A DNA stretch of 64,000 nucleotides from assembly GCA_035288905.1 (NCBI GenBank), contig DATDYZ010000001.1, positions 19,172 through 83,171 of the forward strand, given 5' to 3'. Every line of letters begins with the position of its first letter. The stretch's first letter is position 1. This DNA is from Candidatus Anderseniibacteriota bacterium (GTDB lineage Bacteria; Patescibacteriota; Andersenbacteria; UBA10190). Made by a program: the position numbers and the translations under genes. The notes beneath the pieces are model-generated. The model did no database searches, had not been told where the DNA came from, and saw only the letters and a list, made by a program, of their open reading frames with translations. Of the stretch, positions 9,932 through 18,595 are shown piece by piece.

Positions 9932-10387
9932 ATGTCACTATTTCAATTACCAAAAGTTACCGCAAAGAAGAAAAGCCTTGGAAGAGGACATGCTCGAAAT
10001 GGTGGGAAATCTGGTCGTGGTCAAAAAGGGCAAAAGTCCCGTGCGGGGTACAGCTCAAAGGCAGGATTTGAAGGTGGACAGACTCCTATCTATATGCGGT
10101 TTCCAAAAAATCGTGGAAGCAAGCAAATTAATCCATCCCAAATCGTAAAACCTATTGCTATTACGTTAGGCGTTCTTCGTGCATTTGAAGCAGGAAGTAT
10201 TGTAGGCCCGGGGCAATTGAAAAAACGAGGATACCTTGCAAGTCATATTGATACGGTAAAGCTTATCGGAACTGGCAAGCTTGAAGGCGCATATACGGTG
10301 CGTGTACATGGCGTAACTGCTGGCGCTAGAGCCGCTGTGGAAACTGCAGGTGGTAAAATAGAGCTTATCGCTACTATAAATGGTTGA
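9932..10387 (+). CDS. rplO: 50S ribosomal protein L15 (follows S5 directly, so no L30 gene)
   Basis: GRG.ARNGGKSGRGQKGQKSR. Only 11 nt separate the rpsE stop from this start. Confidence 0.9.
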   Translation: MSLFQLPKVTAKKKSLGRGHARNGGKSGRGQKGQKSRAGYSSKAGFEGGQTPIYMRFPKNRGSKQINPSQIVKPIAITLGVLRAFEAGSIVGPGQLKKRGYLASHIDTVKLIGTGKLEGAYTVRVHGVTAGARAAVETAGGKIELIATING

Positions 10388-11672
10388 TTTTAAAAAATTC
10401 GCAGCAATTATACGCGTACCAGAACTTCGCAAGAAGCTTTTTATGGTACTTTGGCTTATTCTTGTATTCCGTATTGCGGCCATTGTTCCAGTTCCGGGAA
10501 TTCCGCGAGAAAGCTTAGCGCAGATTTTTTCTGGTAATCAGCTTTTTGGTTTACTTGATATATTTTCAGGAGGAGGCCTTTCCCGGCTTTCTGTTGTCAT
10601 GCTTGGGCTTGGTCCGTATATTACGGCCTCAATCGTTATACAACTTTCTACGATGATCTTCCCGAGGTTGGAAGAGATGCAAAAGGAAGAAGGGGAAGCA
10701 GGCAGGCGCAAACTTTCTCAGTGGACACGTCTGTTGGCTGTTCCGTTTGCTGCAATTCAAGGATTTGGATTTTTAAATATTTTACAGCGCGGTGGAGGTG
10801 CTGGTGGCCCAACGCTTACGTTTACTCCGTGGGAAATGATTATGACTCTTATTGCAATTATTGCAGGAACAATATTCCTTATGTGGCTGGGAGAACTTAT
10901 GACCAAGCAAGGATTTGGAAACGGAATATCTCTTATTATTTTTATTGGTATTATTGGACGTTTGCCAGAGGCTATCTTTCAAATTTTAGCAACATTTACA
11001 GCCGATCAGCTATTTACGTATGCTGCATTTTTGGTTGCTTCCGTAGTTGTTATTGCTGGAGTCGTAGTTGTGACGGAAGGTCAGAGGGCAATTCCTATCA
11101 GCTATGCAAAGCAGGTACGAGGCAATAGGATGCTCGGAGGTACTTCAACTCATCTTCCGCTTCGGGTAAACCAAGCAGGAGTGATGCCGATTATTTTTGC
11201 GCTTTCGGTGATGCTGTTTCCCGGAATTATCGCAAACTTTTTCGTTGCATCAAGTAATACCGTGGTTGTTTCTGTTTCGCAGTTTGTTGTTCAGTTGTTT
11301 CAGAATCAATTGTTTTACGGTGCAGTATACTTTGTGCTTGTTGTAGTGTTTACCTATTTTTATACATCTGTAACGTTTGATCCTGCTCAAATTTCAGAGA
11401 ACGTTCAAAAACAGGGCGGGTTTATTCCCGGTATTCGACCTGGTCGTCAAACTATGCTGTATCTTCAGTACGTAGTGCGAAGGATTACGCTTGCAGGTGC
11501 AATATTTTTGGGTGCTATTGCCGTACTGCCGCTTATAGTGCAGGCGTTTTCTGGATTAACTACCCTTACTATTGGTGGTACTGCTCTCTTGATTGTTGTA
11601 TCTGTTGTACTTGAAACATTAAAGCAAATTGAATCGCAGCTTACCATGCGCGAATACGAAGGATTCCTATGA
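10380..11672 (+). CDS. secY: Preprotein translocase subunit SecY
   Basis: 10 TM segments, a GISLIIF.GI motif, and the position after rplO. Confidence 0.95.
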   Translation: MVDFKKFAAIIRVPELRKKLFMVLWLILVFRIAAIVPVPGIPRESLAQIFSGNQLFGLLDIFSGGGLSRLSVVMLGLGPYITASIVIQLSTMIFPRLEEMQKEEGEAGRRKLSQWTRLLAVPFAAIQGFGFLNILQRGGGAGGPTLTFTPWEMIMTLIAIIAGTIFLMWLGELMTKQGFGNGISLIIFIGIIGRLPEAIFQILATFTADQLFTYAAFLVASVVVIAGVVVVTEGQRAIPISYAKQVRGNRMLGGTSTHLPLRVNQAGVMPIIFALSVMLFPGIIANFFVASSNTVVVSVSQFVVQLFQNQLFYGAVYFVLVVVFTYFYTSVTFDPAQISENVQKQGGFIPGIRPGRQTMLYLQYVVRRITLAGAIFLGAIAVLPLIVQAFSGLTTLTIGGTALLIVVSVVLETLKQIESQLTMREYEGFL

Positions 11673-12337
11673 AACTCCCAAAAGTTATTTATGTAATGGG
11701 AATGCCCGGCTCTGGCAAAGGAACACAAGCGGAACTGCTGTCGCATGATATCCGATATAACCAATTTAGTACGGGAAGTGCATTTCGTAGAATTGCACGC
11801 GAAGACTCTGATCTTGGGAGAAAGATGAAACACTTTGTAGATAACGGCTTTCTAACTCCTTCAGACATCGCTGCGCAGGTGGTCTTACAAGCAATCCATG
11901 AACTTATTACAGAAGGGGAAGGAATTGTATTTGATGGTACTCCGCGGACTCTGGAAGAAGCTCAAACGGTCAACTCTCGCCTTCTAGAAGAAGGGTATGG
12001 GGTTCCGCTTGTCATTTACCTTGAAGTAGATAAAGAAACAATGATCGAACGTAATAGTAAGCGCAGACTCTGTTTGGGTGTTGAAAAAGAATTTCCTGTC
12101 ACAACTCATAAAGATGAAATAGTATGCGCACGGCTCGGTGGAAATGTAGGCACTCGTCCTGATGATGAAAAAGAAAAATTTACGACTCGGTATAATCAAT
12201 TTATGGAACTTACGTATCCTGTTATTGTGGCTCATAAAGAAAAACACCCTGAACTCTTTTATCGAGTAAATGGATTACTCGAACCTCATCAAGTACATGC
12301 CTTGGTTATGGATATTACCAAGCAATTTGAAATGTAA
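11669..12337 (+). CDS. adk: Adenylate kinase
   Basis: GMPGSGKGTQAE P-loop and a DGTPRT motif. Confidence 0.93.
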   Translation: MKLPKVIYVMGMPGSGKGTQAELLSHDIRYNQFSTGSAFRRIAREDSDLGRKMKHFVDNGFLTPSDIAAQVVLQAIHELITEGEGIVFDGTPRTLEEAQTVNSRLLEEGYGVPLVIYLEVDKETMIERNSKRRLCLGVEKEFPVTTHKDEIVCARLGGNVGTRPDDEKEKFTTRYNQFMELTYPVIVAHKEKHPELFYRVNGLLEPHQVHALVMDITKQFEM

Positions 12338-12347
12338 AAAATTGAGT

Positions 12348-13106
12348 ATGGTTTCACTCAAAACTTCGCAAGAAATTGAACTCCTTGCAGAGGCGGGTGC
12401 GCTCTTAGGGGCGATACTTGATGTACTTACCAAAAAAGCAGCGGTAGGAGTGACGGGGACAGAATTAAATACCGTAGCTCACGATATGATGCAGCAAGCA
12501 GGCGCAATCCCTGTATTTTTAGGCTACGGCAAACCACCATATCCCGCAGCTATTTGTGTGTCCGTAAACGATCAAGTCGTTCATGGAATTCCAAATGATA
12601 TTCCATTTCAAGATGGGGATATAGTAAGCATAGACGCAGGACTTTCGCTGCATGGCTTAATTGTAGATAGCGCTCGAACTGTTGGCGTAGGCCATCTCAC
12701 TCCTATACAAAAAAAGCTTATGAACGTCACTAAGCAAGCGCTTGCAATTGGCATAGAACAAGCTCAAGTTGGAAACAGAACGGGAGACATTGGCTATGCC
12801 GTGCAATCATATGTCGAAAAAGAAGGATTTGAAGTTGTTCGTGCTTTAGTTGGCCATGGGGTAGGCCATGAATTGCACGAAGAACCACAAGTGCCCAACT
12901 TCGGATCAAAAGGGGCAGGTACGTTACTTACAGAGGGCATGGTACTAGCAATTGAGCCGATGGTAACGCAAGGCAGTCCCCATGTTACTACTTCTCCTGA
13001 TAAATGGAGTATTATTGCAGTCTCGGGAAAAGCATCTGCACACGAAGAACATACGATTGCAATTACAAAACAAGGGCCGAGGATCCTTACTATCGGAAAT
13101 GCATAA
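12348..13106 (+). CDS. map: Methionine aminopeptidase type I
   Basis: Pita-bread fold residues (D...D...H...E...E pattern: IDAG, HGVGHELHE, EPM). Trimmed from track ORF 12270. Confidence 0.92.
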   Translation: MVSLKTSQEIELLAEAGALLGAILDVLTKKAAVGVTGTELNTVAHDMMQQAGAIPVFLGYGKPPYPAAICVSVNDQVVHGIPNDIPFQDGDIVSIDAGLSLHGLIVDSARTVGVGHLTPIQKKLMNVTKQALAIGIEQAQVGNRTGDIGYAVQSYVEKEGFEVVRALVGHGVGHELHEEPQVPNFGSKGAGTLLTEGMVLAIEPMVTQGSPHVTTSPDKWSIIAVSGKASAHEEHTIAITKQGPRILTIGNA

Positions 13107-13632
13107 AATACCCACTAACGTCACCCCCTCCAGCTCCCCCTTGGTAAGGGGGAGAGGCGTCATTGCGTTAGACATCGGGAATCGTTATATTGGCGTTGCG
13201 GCTGCCGACCATGTGGATGCCTCGCTGGCGTATCGCTACACAACTATTGATCGTAAAACACAAGACGCACGAACAGTGCTTGCGGACATTATTACAAAAG
13301 AATCTATTGATACACTTGTGCTTGGTGTGCCGTATCATATACAAGATGGGAGTGAAACGCAGCAGACTAAAAAAACTCGTCAGTTTATAGCGTTACTAAA
13401 AAAAACATTTGACCCTGCTATTTCATACATTGAAGTTGATGAGACATTAACGTCTATGCAAGCAAAAGAAAATTTACAACACGAAGAATCGGATACGAAA
13501 GAAGAGCATGCAGAAGCCGCGCGTATTATGTTGCAAGAATTTCTTAGTTCCGCGACTGTCATGCCGGACTTGATCCGGCATCCAGGCGACGTGGATCCTT
13601 ACGTCAAGCCCGGGATGACAATGCTGTTATGA
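13099..13632 (+). CDS. ruvX: Putative pre-16S rRNA nuclease / Holliday junction resolvase-like RuvX (YqgF). Both termini are encoded by palindromic repeats.
   Basis: ALDIGNRYIGVAAAD, LVLGVP and the AEAARIMLQEFL end are YqgF-like. The first roughly 20 aa overlap repeat B and the last roughly 25 aa (MPDLIRHPGDVDPYVKPGMT) are encoded by repeat A, so the true start and stop are uncertain. Confidence 0.65.
   Translation: MHKIPTNVTPSSSPLVRGRGVIALDIGNRYIGVAAADHVDASLAYRYTTIDRKTQDARTVLADIITKESIDTLVLGVPYHIQDGSETQQTKKTRQFIALLKKTFDPAISYIEVDETLTSMQAKENLQHEESDTKEEHAEAARIMLQEFLSSATVMPDLIRHPGDVDPYVKPGMTMLL
13110..13172. repeat. Family B-variant palindromic repeat (CCCCCTCCAGCTCCCCC...GGGGGAGAGG)
   Basis: It shares its core with the insert inside hldD (59603..59688). 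Confidence 0.6.
13558..13620. repeat. Family A palindromic repeat copy
   Basis: GTCATGCCGGACTTGATCCGGCATCCAGGCGACGTGGATCC...CCCGGGATGACA. Confidence 0.8.
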
Positions 13633-14444
13633 CAAATATCAATACATATCTATCAAATATTCGAGAACGGGTTGATCAAGAACTTGATCGTTTACTTCCG
13701 CGTGCAGATGACTCTCCAAAGCGACTTCATGAGGCTATGCGATATAGCGTATTTGCGGGAGGAAGGCGTTTTCGACCAGCGCTGTGTATTGCGTCGTGTG
13801 AGGCAGTTGGTGGTACGTTTGAACAAGTGTTACTTGCCGCATGTGCAATTGAAGTATTACACACGTATACGTTAATTCATGATGACCTGCCAGCCATGGA
13901 CGATGATGATATGCGTCGTGGAAAGCCCTCAAGCCATAAAGCATTTGATGAGGGCACCGCAATACTTGCCGGCGATGCCTTACTTACGATTGCTTTTGAA
14001 TGGCTCGGGAAAACAGGCAATGCACGACTGGTACAAGAATTAGCGCAAGCAACAGGAAGTCTTGGAACAATAGGTGGACAAGCGGACGACCTTGATGCAA
14101 AAAATACGAGTATCTCTCAAGAAGCCGTACTGTCTATTCATGAAAGAAAGACAGCCGCTCTGTTTCGCGCTTCGTGTAGAATGGGCGGGATCACGGCAGA
14201 TGCATCAGGAAAACAAATAGACATGCTCGGGCAATTTGGCGAGCATCTTGGTATCGCATTCCAATTATTAGATGATATATGCGATACTGATCCAATTACT
14301 ATGAACGCGTATAGCAAAGATGAAGTTATATTGCTTGTGAAAAAATACGAGCAGTTATCGTACGATGCACTGAAAAAAATAAAAGGCGATACTTCGCAGA
14401 TGCAAGCACTTGCTCGTCATACATATGCATCTTTTAATATATGA
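13629..14444 (+). CDS. Polyprenyl diphosphate synthase (FPP/GGPP synthase family, trans-IPPS)
   Basis: Two Asp-rich motifs: LIHDDLPAMDDDDMRRGKP and FQLLDDICD. Confidence 0.85.
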   Translation: MTNINTYLSNIRERVDQELDRLLPRADDSPKRLHEAMRYSVFAGGRRFRPALCIASCEAVGGTFEQVLLAACAIEVLHTYTLIHDDLPAMDDDDMRRGKPSSHKAFDEGTAILAGDALLTIAFEWLGKTGNARLVQELAQATGSLGTIGGQADDLDAKNTSISQEAVLSIHERKTAALFRASCRMGGITADASGKQIDMLGQFGEHLGIAFQLLDDICDTDPITMNAYSKDEVILLVKKYEQLSYDALKKIKGDTSQMQALARHTYASFNI

Positions 14445-15139
14445 CCGAGAATATTCCAACGCATATTGCTATTATTCCTGATGGCAACAGGAGGTGGGCC
14501 ACGTCAAATTCAGCATCCGCTTTAGATGGACATACACAGGGAGCTGAAGTGATGCGGACTATCATGCCCCATGCAGCAGATGCGGGGGTGAAGTATGTTT
14601 CCGTATGGGGAATGTCACTCGATAACTTTACAAAACGAAGCTTGGGTGAAGTTGCTGGCCTGTTGGCACTGTTTCGATCAGAGTTTCTTGACCTCGCTAC
14701 AAGTAACGATATTCACTCACGGGAGGTCAGAATAAACGTCATTGGGCGTTGGAAAGAAAAGTTTCCACTGCCCGTGAGGAATGCAGTGCAAAAAGCAATT
14801 GATGCCACCAGCCACTACACTAATCATTATATGAATTTTTTTCTGGCATACGACGGCGTAGACGAAATGACGCAGGCAATTCAAAGCATTATTGCAAGTG
14901 GAGTGCACACCGTAACACCGGAAATTATTAAGCAGCATTTATTCACAAAAGATTTGCCACCTGTTGATTTAATCGTTCGCACAGGCGGAGAACCGCATTT
15001 ATCCGCAGGGTTTATGATGTGGGATGTAACCGATTCGCAGTTATGGTTTACCGAAAAATTGTGGCCGTCATTTACGACTACAGATTTAGACGATGCAATT
15101 ACAGAATACGCAAAAAGACAAAGAAGAAAAGGCGCATAG
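14441..15139 (+). CDS. uppS: Undecaprenyl diphosphate synthase (cis-prenyltransferase)
   Basis: HIAIIPDGNRRWA motif. The ATGA start overlaps the upstream stop. Confidence 0.9.
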   Translation: MTENIPTHIAIIPDGNRRWATSNSASALDGHTQGAEVMRTIMPHAADAGVKYVSVWGMSLDNFTKRSLGEVAGLLALFRSEFLDLATSNDIHSREVRINVIGRWKEKFPLPVRNAVQKAIDATSHYTNHYMNFFLAYDGVDEMTQAIQSIIASGVHTVTPEIIKQHLFTKDLPPVDLIVRTGGEPHLSAGFMMWDVTDSQLWFTEKLWPSFTTTDLDDAITEYAKRQRRKGA

Positions 15140-15146
15140 TAGTGTT

Positions 15147-15449
15147 CCCCTCTCCCCAATTGGGGAGAGGGTTAGGGTGAGGGCAACATCGATGCAATGC
15201 TCTGCACTACTCCATTAATATTTTTCATCACCTCATCATTCGTAAACCTCACAACTCGTATACCGCACGCATTTAGATATGTAGTACGTTCTGTATCATA
15301 TGCTTGTCCTTTCGTCGCACGGGTGTTGATCGTGCTCTGTTATGTAATACTCCCACAATCATATTCTACACCCAAGTCATATTCCTCTTGGGTTGCCCTC
15401 ACCCTCCCGCCTGTTGGCGAGGAGCCCTCTCCCCAATTGGGGAGAGGGG
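15147..15449. mobile_element. MITE-like composite element. Terminal perfect palindromes CCCTCTCCCCAATTGGGGAGAGGG with inner inverted repeats GGGTGAGGGCAAC / GTTGCCCTCACCC flank about 200 bp.
   Basis: Seen directly. Shorter versions of the same module occur at 29983, 58754, 61430 and 63736. Confidence 0.65.
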
Positions 15450-15490
15450 AACGCTACTTTGTAACTTATCCACAATATATTATTAGGGTG

Positions 15491-15499
15491 TGGTATAAT
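15491..15499 (+). promoter_or_regulatory. Extended -10 element (TGgTATAAT) ending 6 nt before the ATG at 15506, so the transcript may be leaderless
   Basis: TGGTATAAT is followed by tatttcATG. There is no Shine-Dalgarno sequence. Confidence 0.4.
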
Positions 15500-15505
15500 T
15501 ATTTC

Positions 15506-18500
15506 ATGATTAAATTCTTTACATATTTATTTGTTGTATTAAGTTTTTTTGGTGGAACTGTTGCGAATGCACAAGGGCCGTTTGGCAATCGTAGCGGTGC
15601 TGATCTTGACAACGCGTTAAACTCAGATGAAGGGTCATACTCTCCTCCTGCTATTTATATTAGAAATACGAAGGTAAATCCTGCCGATGCTTCGGGTAAG
15701 CTTACTGGTACGTTTACCATGATCAATAAAGATGATGAGACACTCGGAGATTTACGGTACCGCATTGAGCTCCTAGAAACATTGCCACCTGCCGAAAAGA
15801 ACACCTTTGTGTGGGATACTGGCCGCATGTTTGATACATACCTTTCTTCAGAAATATTTGCGCTTACTCCGGGAGAAGAGAAAAATATTTCGTTTACATA
15901 TACTCCCGCCAGTGTTCCTGCAGGAAACTATCGTTTGCAGATTCAGAGCACCACTTCACAGGGGAAGGATTTGGGTTGGGATACCGTACCTGTTACGTTG
16001 CAAGGAAGCGTTACGCAGTTTGTTGATCTTGTACCGGGGACTATTTTACTTCCGGAATTTCCGAATGAACTCATTCCACCGCTGTCTGGTCCAAACGTTT
16101 CCCCTAGTAGTCCTTTTACATTGCGCGCAACTGCAACAAACCCGGGGAATGCTTCTGTCACTGTTACTCCTACTGTTACGGTGTATGACTTTGCAACCTC
16201 AGGAGAAATTGTAAGTACACAGCCTATTGCTAACGTTGAACTTGTGCCTGGTAAAGCAACCGAACTGAGTATTCCTGTTACGGCAAGCGCTACTCCGGGT
16301 GTGTATTATGCAGTGCTTAGCTTGAATTCTGCGAACACAAGAGTTTCTGCGTTAGCAGAATATAGATGGGTAGTTCGAGGGGGTTCCGGAAAAATATTGT
16401 CAGCGAGAATTAAACAATTGCAAACAAAAGCAAACGAGAAAGTTTCTGTATCTGTAGAATATGCCGGCCCTGCAGACGCAGAGACGGAGATACAGGGCAA
16501 GATGACCATTGAAGTTGTAGATACACAAGGTGTTGCGGGAACATTTCAAGTTCCTGAAACGTTGGAACTTTCAGACGGTATTGGTGGCGGAGTTGCAGGA
16601 GTTACGCTTACGCGCGACCTTACCGGAGCTCCTGGTCTTCGCGTAACGCTTACTGATATACATGGAGCGGTACTGGATGTATATGAAGTAGCAATTCCTC
16701 TTTCCGGAGAACAATTACAGACGCTTGCGCAAGAAAATAAAGATATTGTCGCCAGTATAGCCAAGAGCAAAAGTTCTGTTTTATATATCCTTCTCGGTTC
16801 TGTTATACTCGGTGTATTTGCTCTTGTTCTCTATTTGCAGAAGAAAGGAGCCGCTGCGGCAACTGTTCTTGGGCTTTTCCTTGTCATCGCAGCTACGCTT
16901 AATGTGGCTCACGGTCAAAGCGGTGCTGGTAATGGGGTTGGTATTGAAGTTATAAGCCCAAAGATATTTTCTGGCGCTGGGGATAACGGATATGGCGGAT
17001 TGTGGGAGGCGGAGCCGAGCTTAACCGGCAAACCTCTTGTAGAAGTATTTATTAATAGTCCTGATCACGATGCTCCAGGTGGAACGTATGAAATGGATGC
17101 TGTTCTGTTTGGGTATCGGATAGAATATGGTGCTTGTGGAAATACTCCCCCAGAAGCATGGTTGAAGGTGCGCTTTGATCGCAATGGAGGAAAGCATAGT
17201 GACTTATTAGGTTCTGGTACGCCTAACTGGTTTCAGATTATTGACTTAAAATGGACGAACGGTTGTCAGTTTTCGTGGCAGTATTGTCTCCGTTCGGCTC
17301 AAGGGGAAGCGTTGCTGGATCTTTCTTCCTTGTCTCAAGCTGCGACAAGTACGACACTTCAAATAGGTTCATTCTGGGAGAACTTTGATGCAAGTGATGA
17401 AAGTTGTATTACGGGGCATTGCATTCCTGCTACTCCTTCGTTTACCCTCAGCGATTGGTTTGTAGTAAATCGCCATGCGCATATTGTGAACATGTGGATA
17501 AATCCGGTCGCAGTAGCACTACCCCCAAGTGTTGATCTTAAAATTAATGGTTCCGATAATCCTGCAGACGTGGTGGTGAATACAGGAATCACGCTTTCGT
17601 GGACTTCTTCACAAGTAAGCAGTTGTACAGCAACGATTGATTGGACTGGAGCAAAGCCAACGGCAGGTACGGGGAGCGCTACACCTACTCAGGTGAGAAC
17701 CTATACATACACCATTACATGCAGCGGTATTTCAGGCACAGCTACCGACACGGTAAGTATAAATTCTATAGCTGCTCCTCAAGTGGTAACGGTTGATCTT
17801 AAAATTAACGGTACTGATAGCCCTCCGAACGTAGCTTTGGGCAACTCAATCACCTTGTCGTGGACGGCTTCTGCAAATGCAAATACATGTGCTGCTACTG
17901 GTGATTGGGGCGGGTCAAAGAGTGTACCTACGGGGTCTCAAATAGATACTCCAGCACAGGCAAGAACATATACGTATGCAATTACGTGTACAAATACTGC
18001 CAGTGGTGCTACGGGTACAGATACGGTGAATATTGTGGTGGATGCGCCTAGCGGTGTTCCTATAGCAATCGCGAAGATGAGTATTGATGGAATAACGTAT
18101 AGTAACAGCATCACTGTTACGCAAAATGTTCCTTATACGATCTACCTTACTGCCGGAGAACATGGGAATCCTCCCGGAAGCTCTGATCCAGATGGGTGGG
18201 ATCATCCTCTGGCGGGAGTGTCTGAGGGTGGTAATATTAAATGGAATTCTGATCTTAATTTAGGTGCAGCTACGTTTGAAACAACGTATTCAAATCCTCA
18301 ATTTCCTACCGACGCTGATATGAACCTTGGGCAGAAGACATTTACACTTGCTCCAAGTGGTTCTCCGTATACATATAATTTGCTGCAGATAACGGATGCT
18401 ACTGGTAATGTGTCTCCTATCGGAACTGTCAATGTCACGGTTGTGTCTGCAACTCCATCACCAAGCCCTAGCCCGAGTCCATCATTTAATCCGGGCGGAG

Positions 18501-18520
18501 GATTTGAAGAAACAAGATAA
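15506..18520 (+). CDS. Large secreted/surface protein (1004 aa) with a signal peptide, two tandem repeats of about 80 aa (VDLKING.D.P..V......ITLSWT...C.AT.DW.G.K...G.....P.Q.RTYTY.ITC), an internal hydrophobic pair and a C-terminal PSPSPSPS linker
   Basis: Signal peptide MIKFFTYLFVVLSFFGGTVANAQG. The repeats are at about 17521-17760 and 17791-18040. Track ORF 15197 starts inside the MITE and was trimmed. Confidence 0.75.
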   Translation: MIKFFTYLFVVLSFFGGTVANAQGPFGNRSGADLDNALNSDEGSYSPPAIYIRNTKVNPADASGKLTGTFTMINKDDETLGDLRYRIELLETLPPAEKNTFVWDTGRMFDTYLSSEIFALTPGEEKNISFTYTPASVPAGNYRLQIQSTTSQGKDLGWDTVPVTLQGSVTQFVDLVPGTILLPEFPNELIPPLSGPNVSPSSPFTLRATATNPGNASVTVTPTVTVYDFATSGEIVSTQPIANVELVPGKATELSIPVTASATPGVYYAVLSLNSANTRVSALAEYRWVVRGGSGKILSARIKQLQTKANEKVSVSVEYAGPADAETEIQGKMTIEVVDTQGVAGTFQVPETLELSDGIGGGVAGVTLTRDLTGAPGLRVTLTDIHGAVLDVYEVAIPLSGEQLQTLAQENKDIVASIAKSKSSVLYILLGSVILGVFALVLYLQKKGAAAATVLGLFLVIAATLNVAHGQSGAGNGVGIEVISPKIFSGAGDNGYGGLWEAEPSLTGKPLVEVFINSPDHDAPGGTYEMDAVLFGYRIEYGACGNTPPEAWLKVRFDRNGGKHSDLLGSGTPNWFQIIDLKWTNGCQFSWQYCLRSAQGEALLDLSSLSQAATSTTLQIGSFWENFDASDESCITGHCIPATPSFTLSDWFVVNRHAHIVNMWINPVAVALPPSVDLKINGSDNPADVVVNTGITLSWTSSQVSSCTATIDWTGAKPTAGTGSATPTQVRTYTYTITCSGISGTATDTVSINSIAAPQVVTVDLKINGTDSPPNVALGNSITLSWTASANANTCAATGDWGGSKSVPTGSQIDTPAQARTYTYAITCTNTASGATGTDTVNIVVDAPSGVPIAIAKMSIDGITYSNSITVTQNVPYTIYLTAGEHGNPPGSSDPDGWDHPLAGVSEGGNIKWNSDLNLGAATFETTYSNPQFPTDADMNLGQKTFTLAPSGSPYTYNLLQITDATGNVSPIGTVNVTVVSATPSPSPSPSPSFNPGGGFEETR

Positions 18521-18530
18521 CAATTTGTAC

Positions 18531-18595
18531 TGTCATCCCGGGCTTGACCCGGGATCCAGGCGACGTGGATGCCGGCTCGGGGGCCGGCATGACAC
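18531..18595. repeat. Family A palindromic repeat between convergent genes
   Basis: TGTCATCCCGGGCTTGACCCGGGATCCAGGCGACGTGGATGCCGGCTCGGGGGCCGGCATGACAC. Confidence 0.8.

Noticed and set aside
10721-11128. 135-aa ORF in an alternative frame inside secY, and many similar antisense or alternate-frame ORFs (for example 2171..2494, 19334..19651, 19671..20120, 24696..25199, 49441..50100)
   Set aside because: Each lies fully inside a well-supported conserved gene in another frame or strand. They have Cys/Trp/Arg-rich odd composition and no RBS.
15197-15505. Upstream extension of the giant-protein ORF (track start 15197) and the SPIGERG-type peptides encoded by Family B repeats (15304..15486, 61376..61588, 63592..63816)
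   Set aside because: These are translations of the palindromic repeat elements. The real start is the ATG at 15506, after the -10 element and with a signal peptide.
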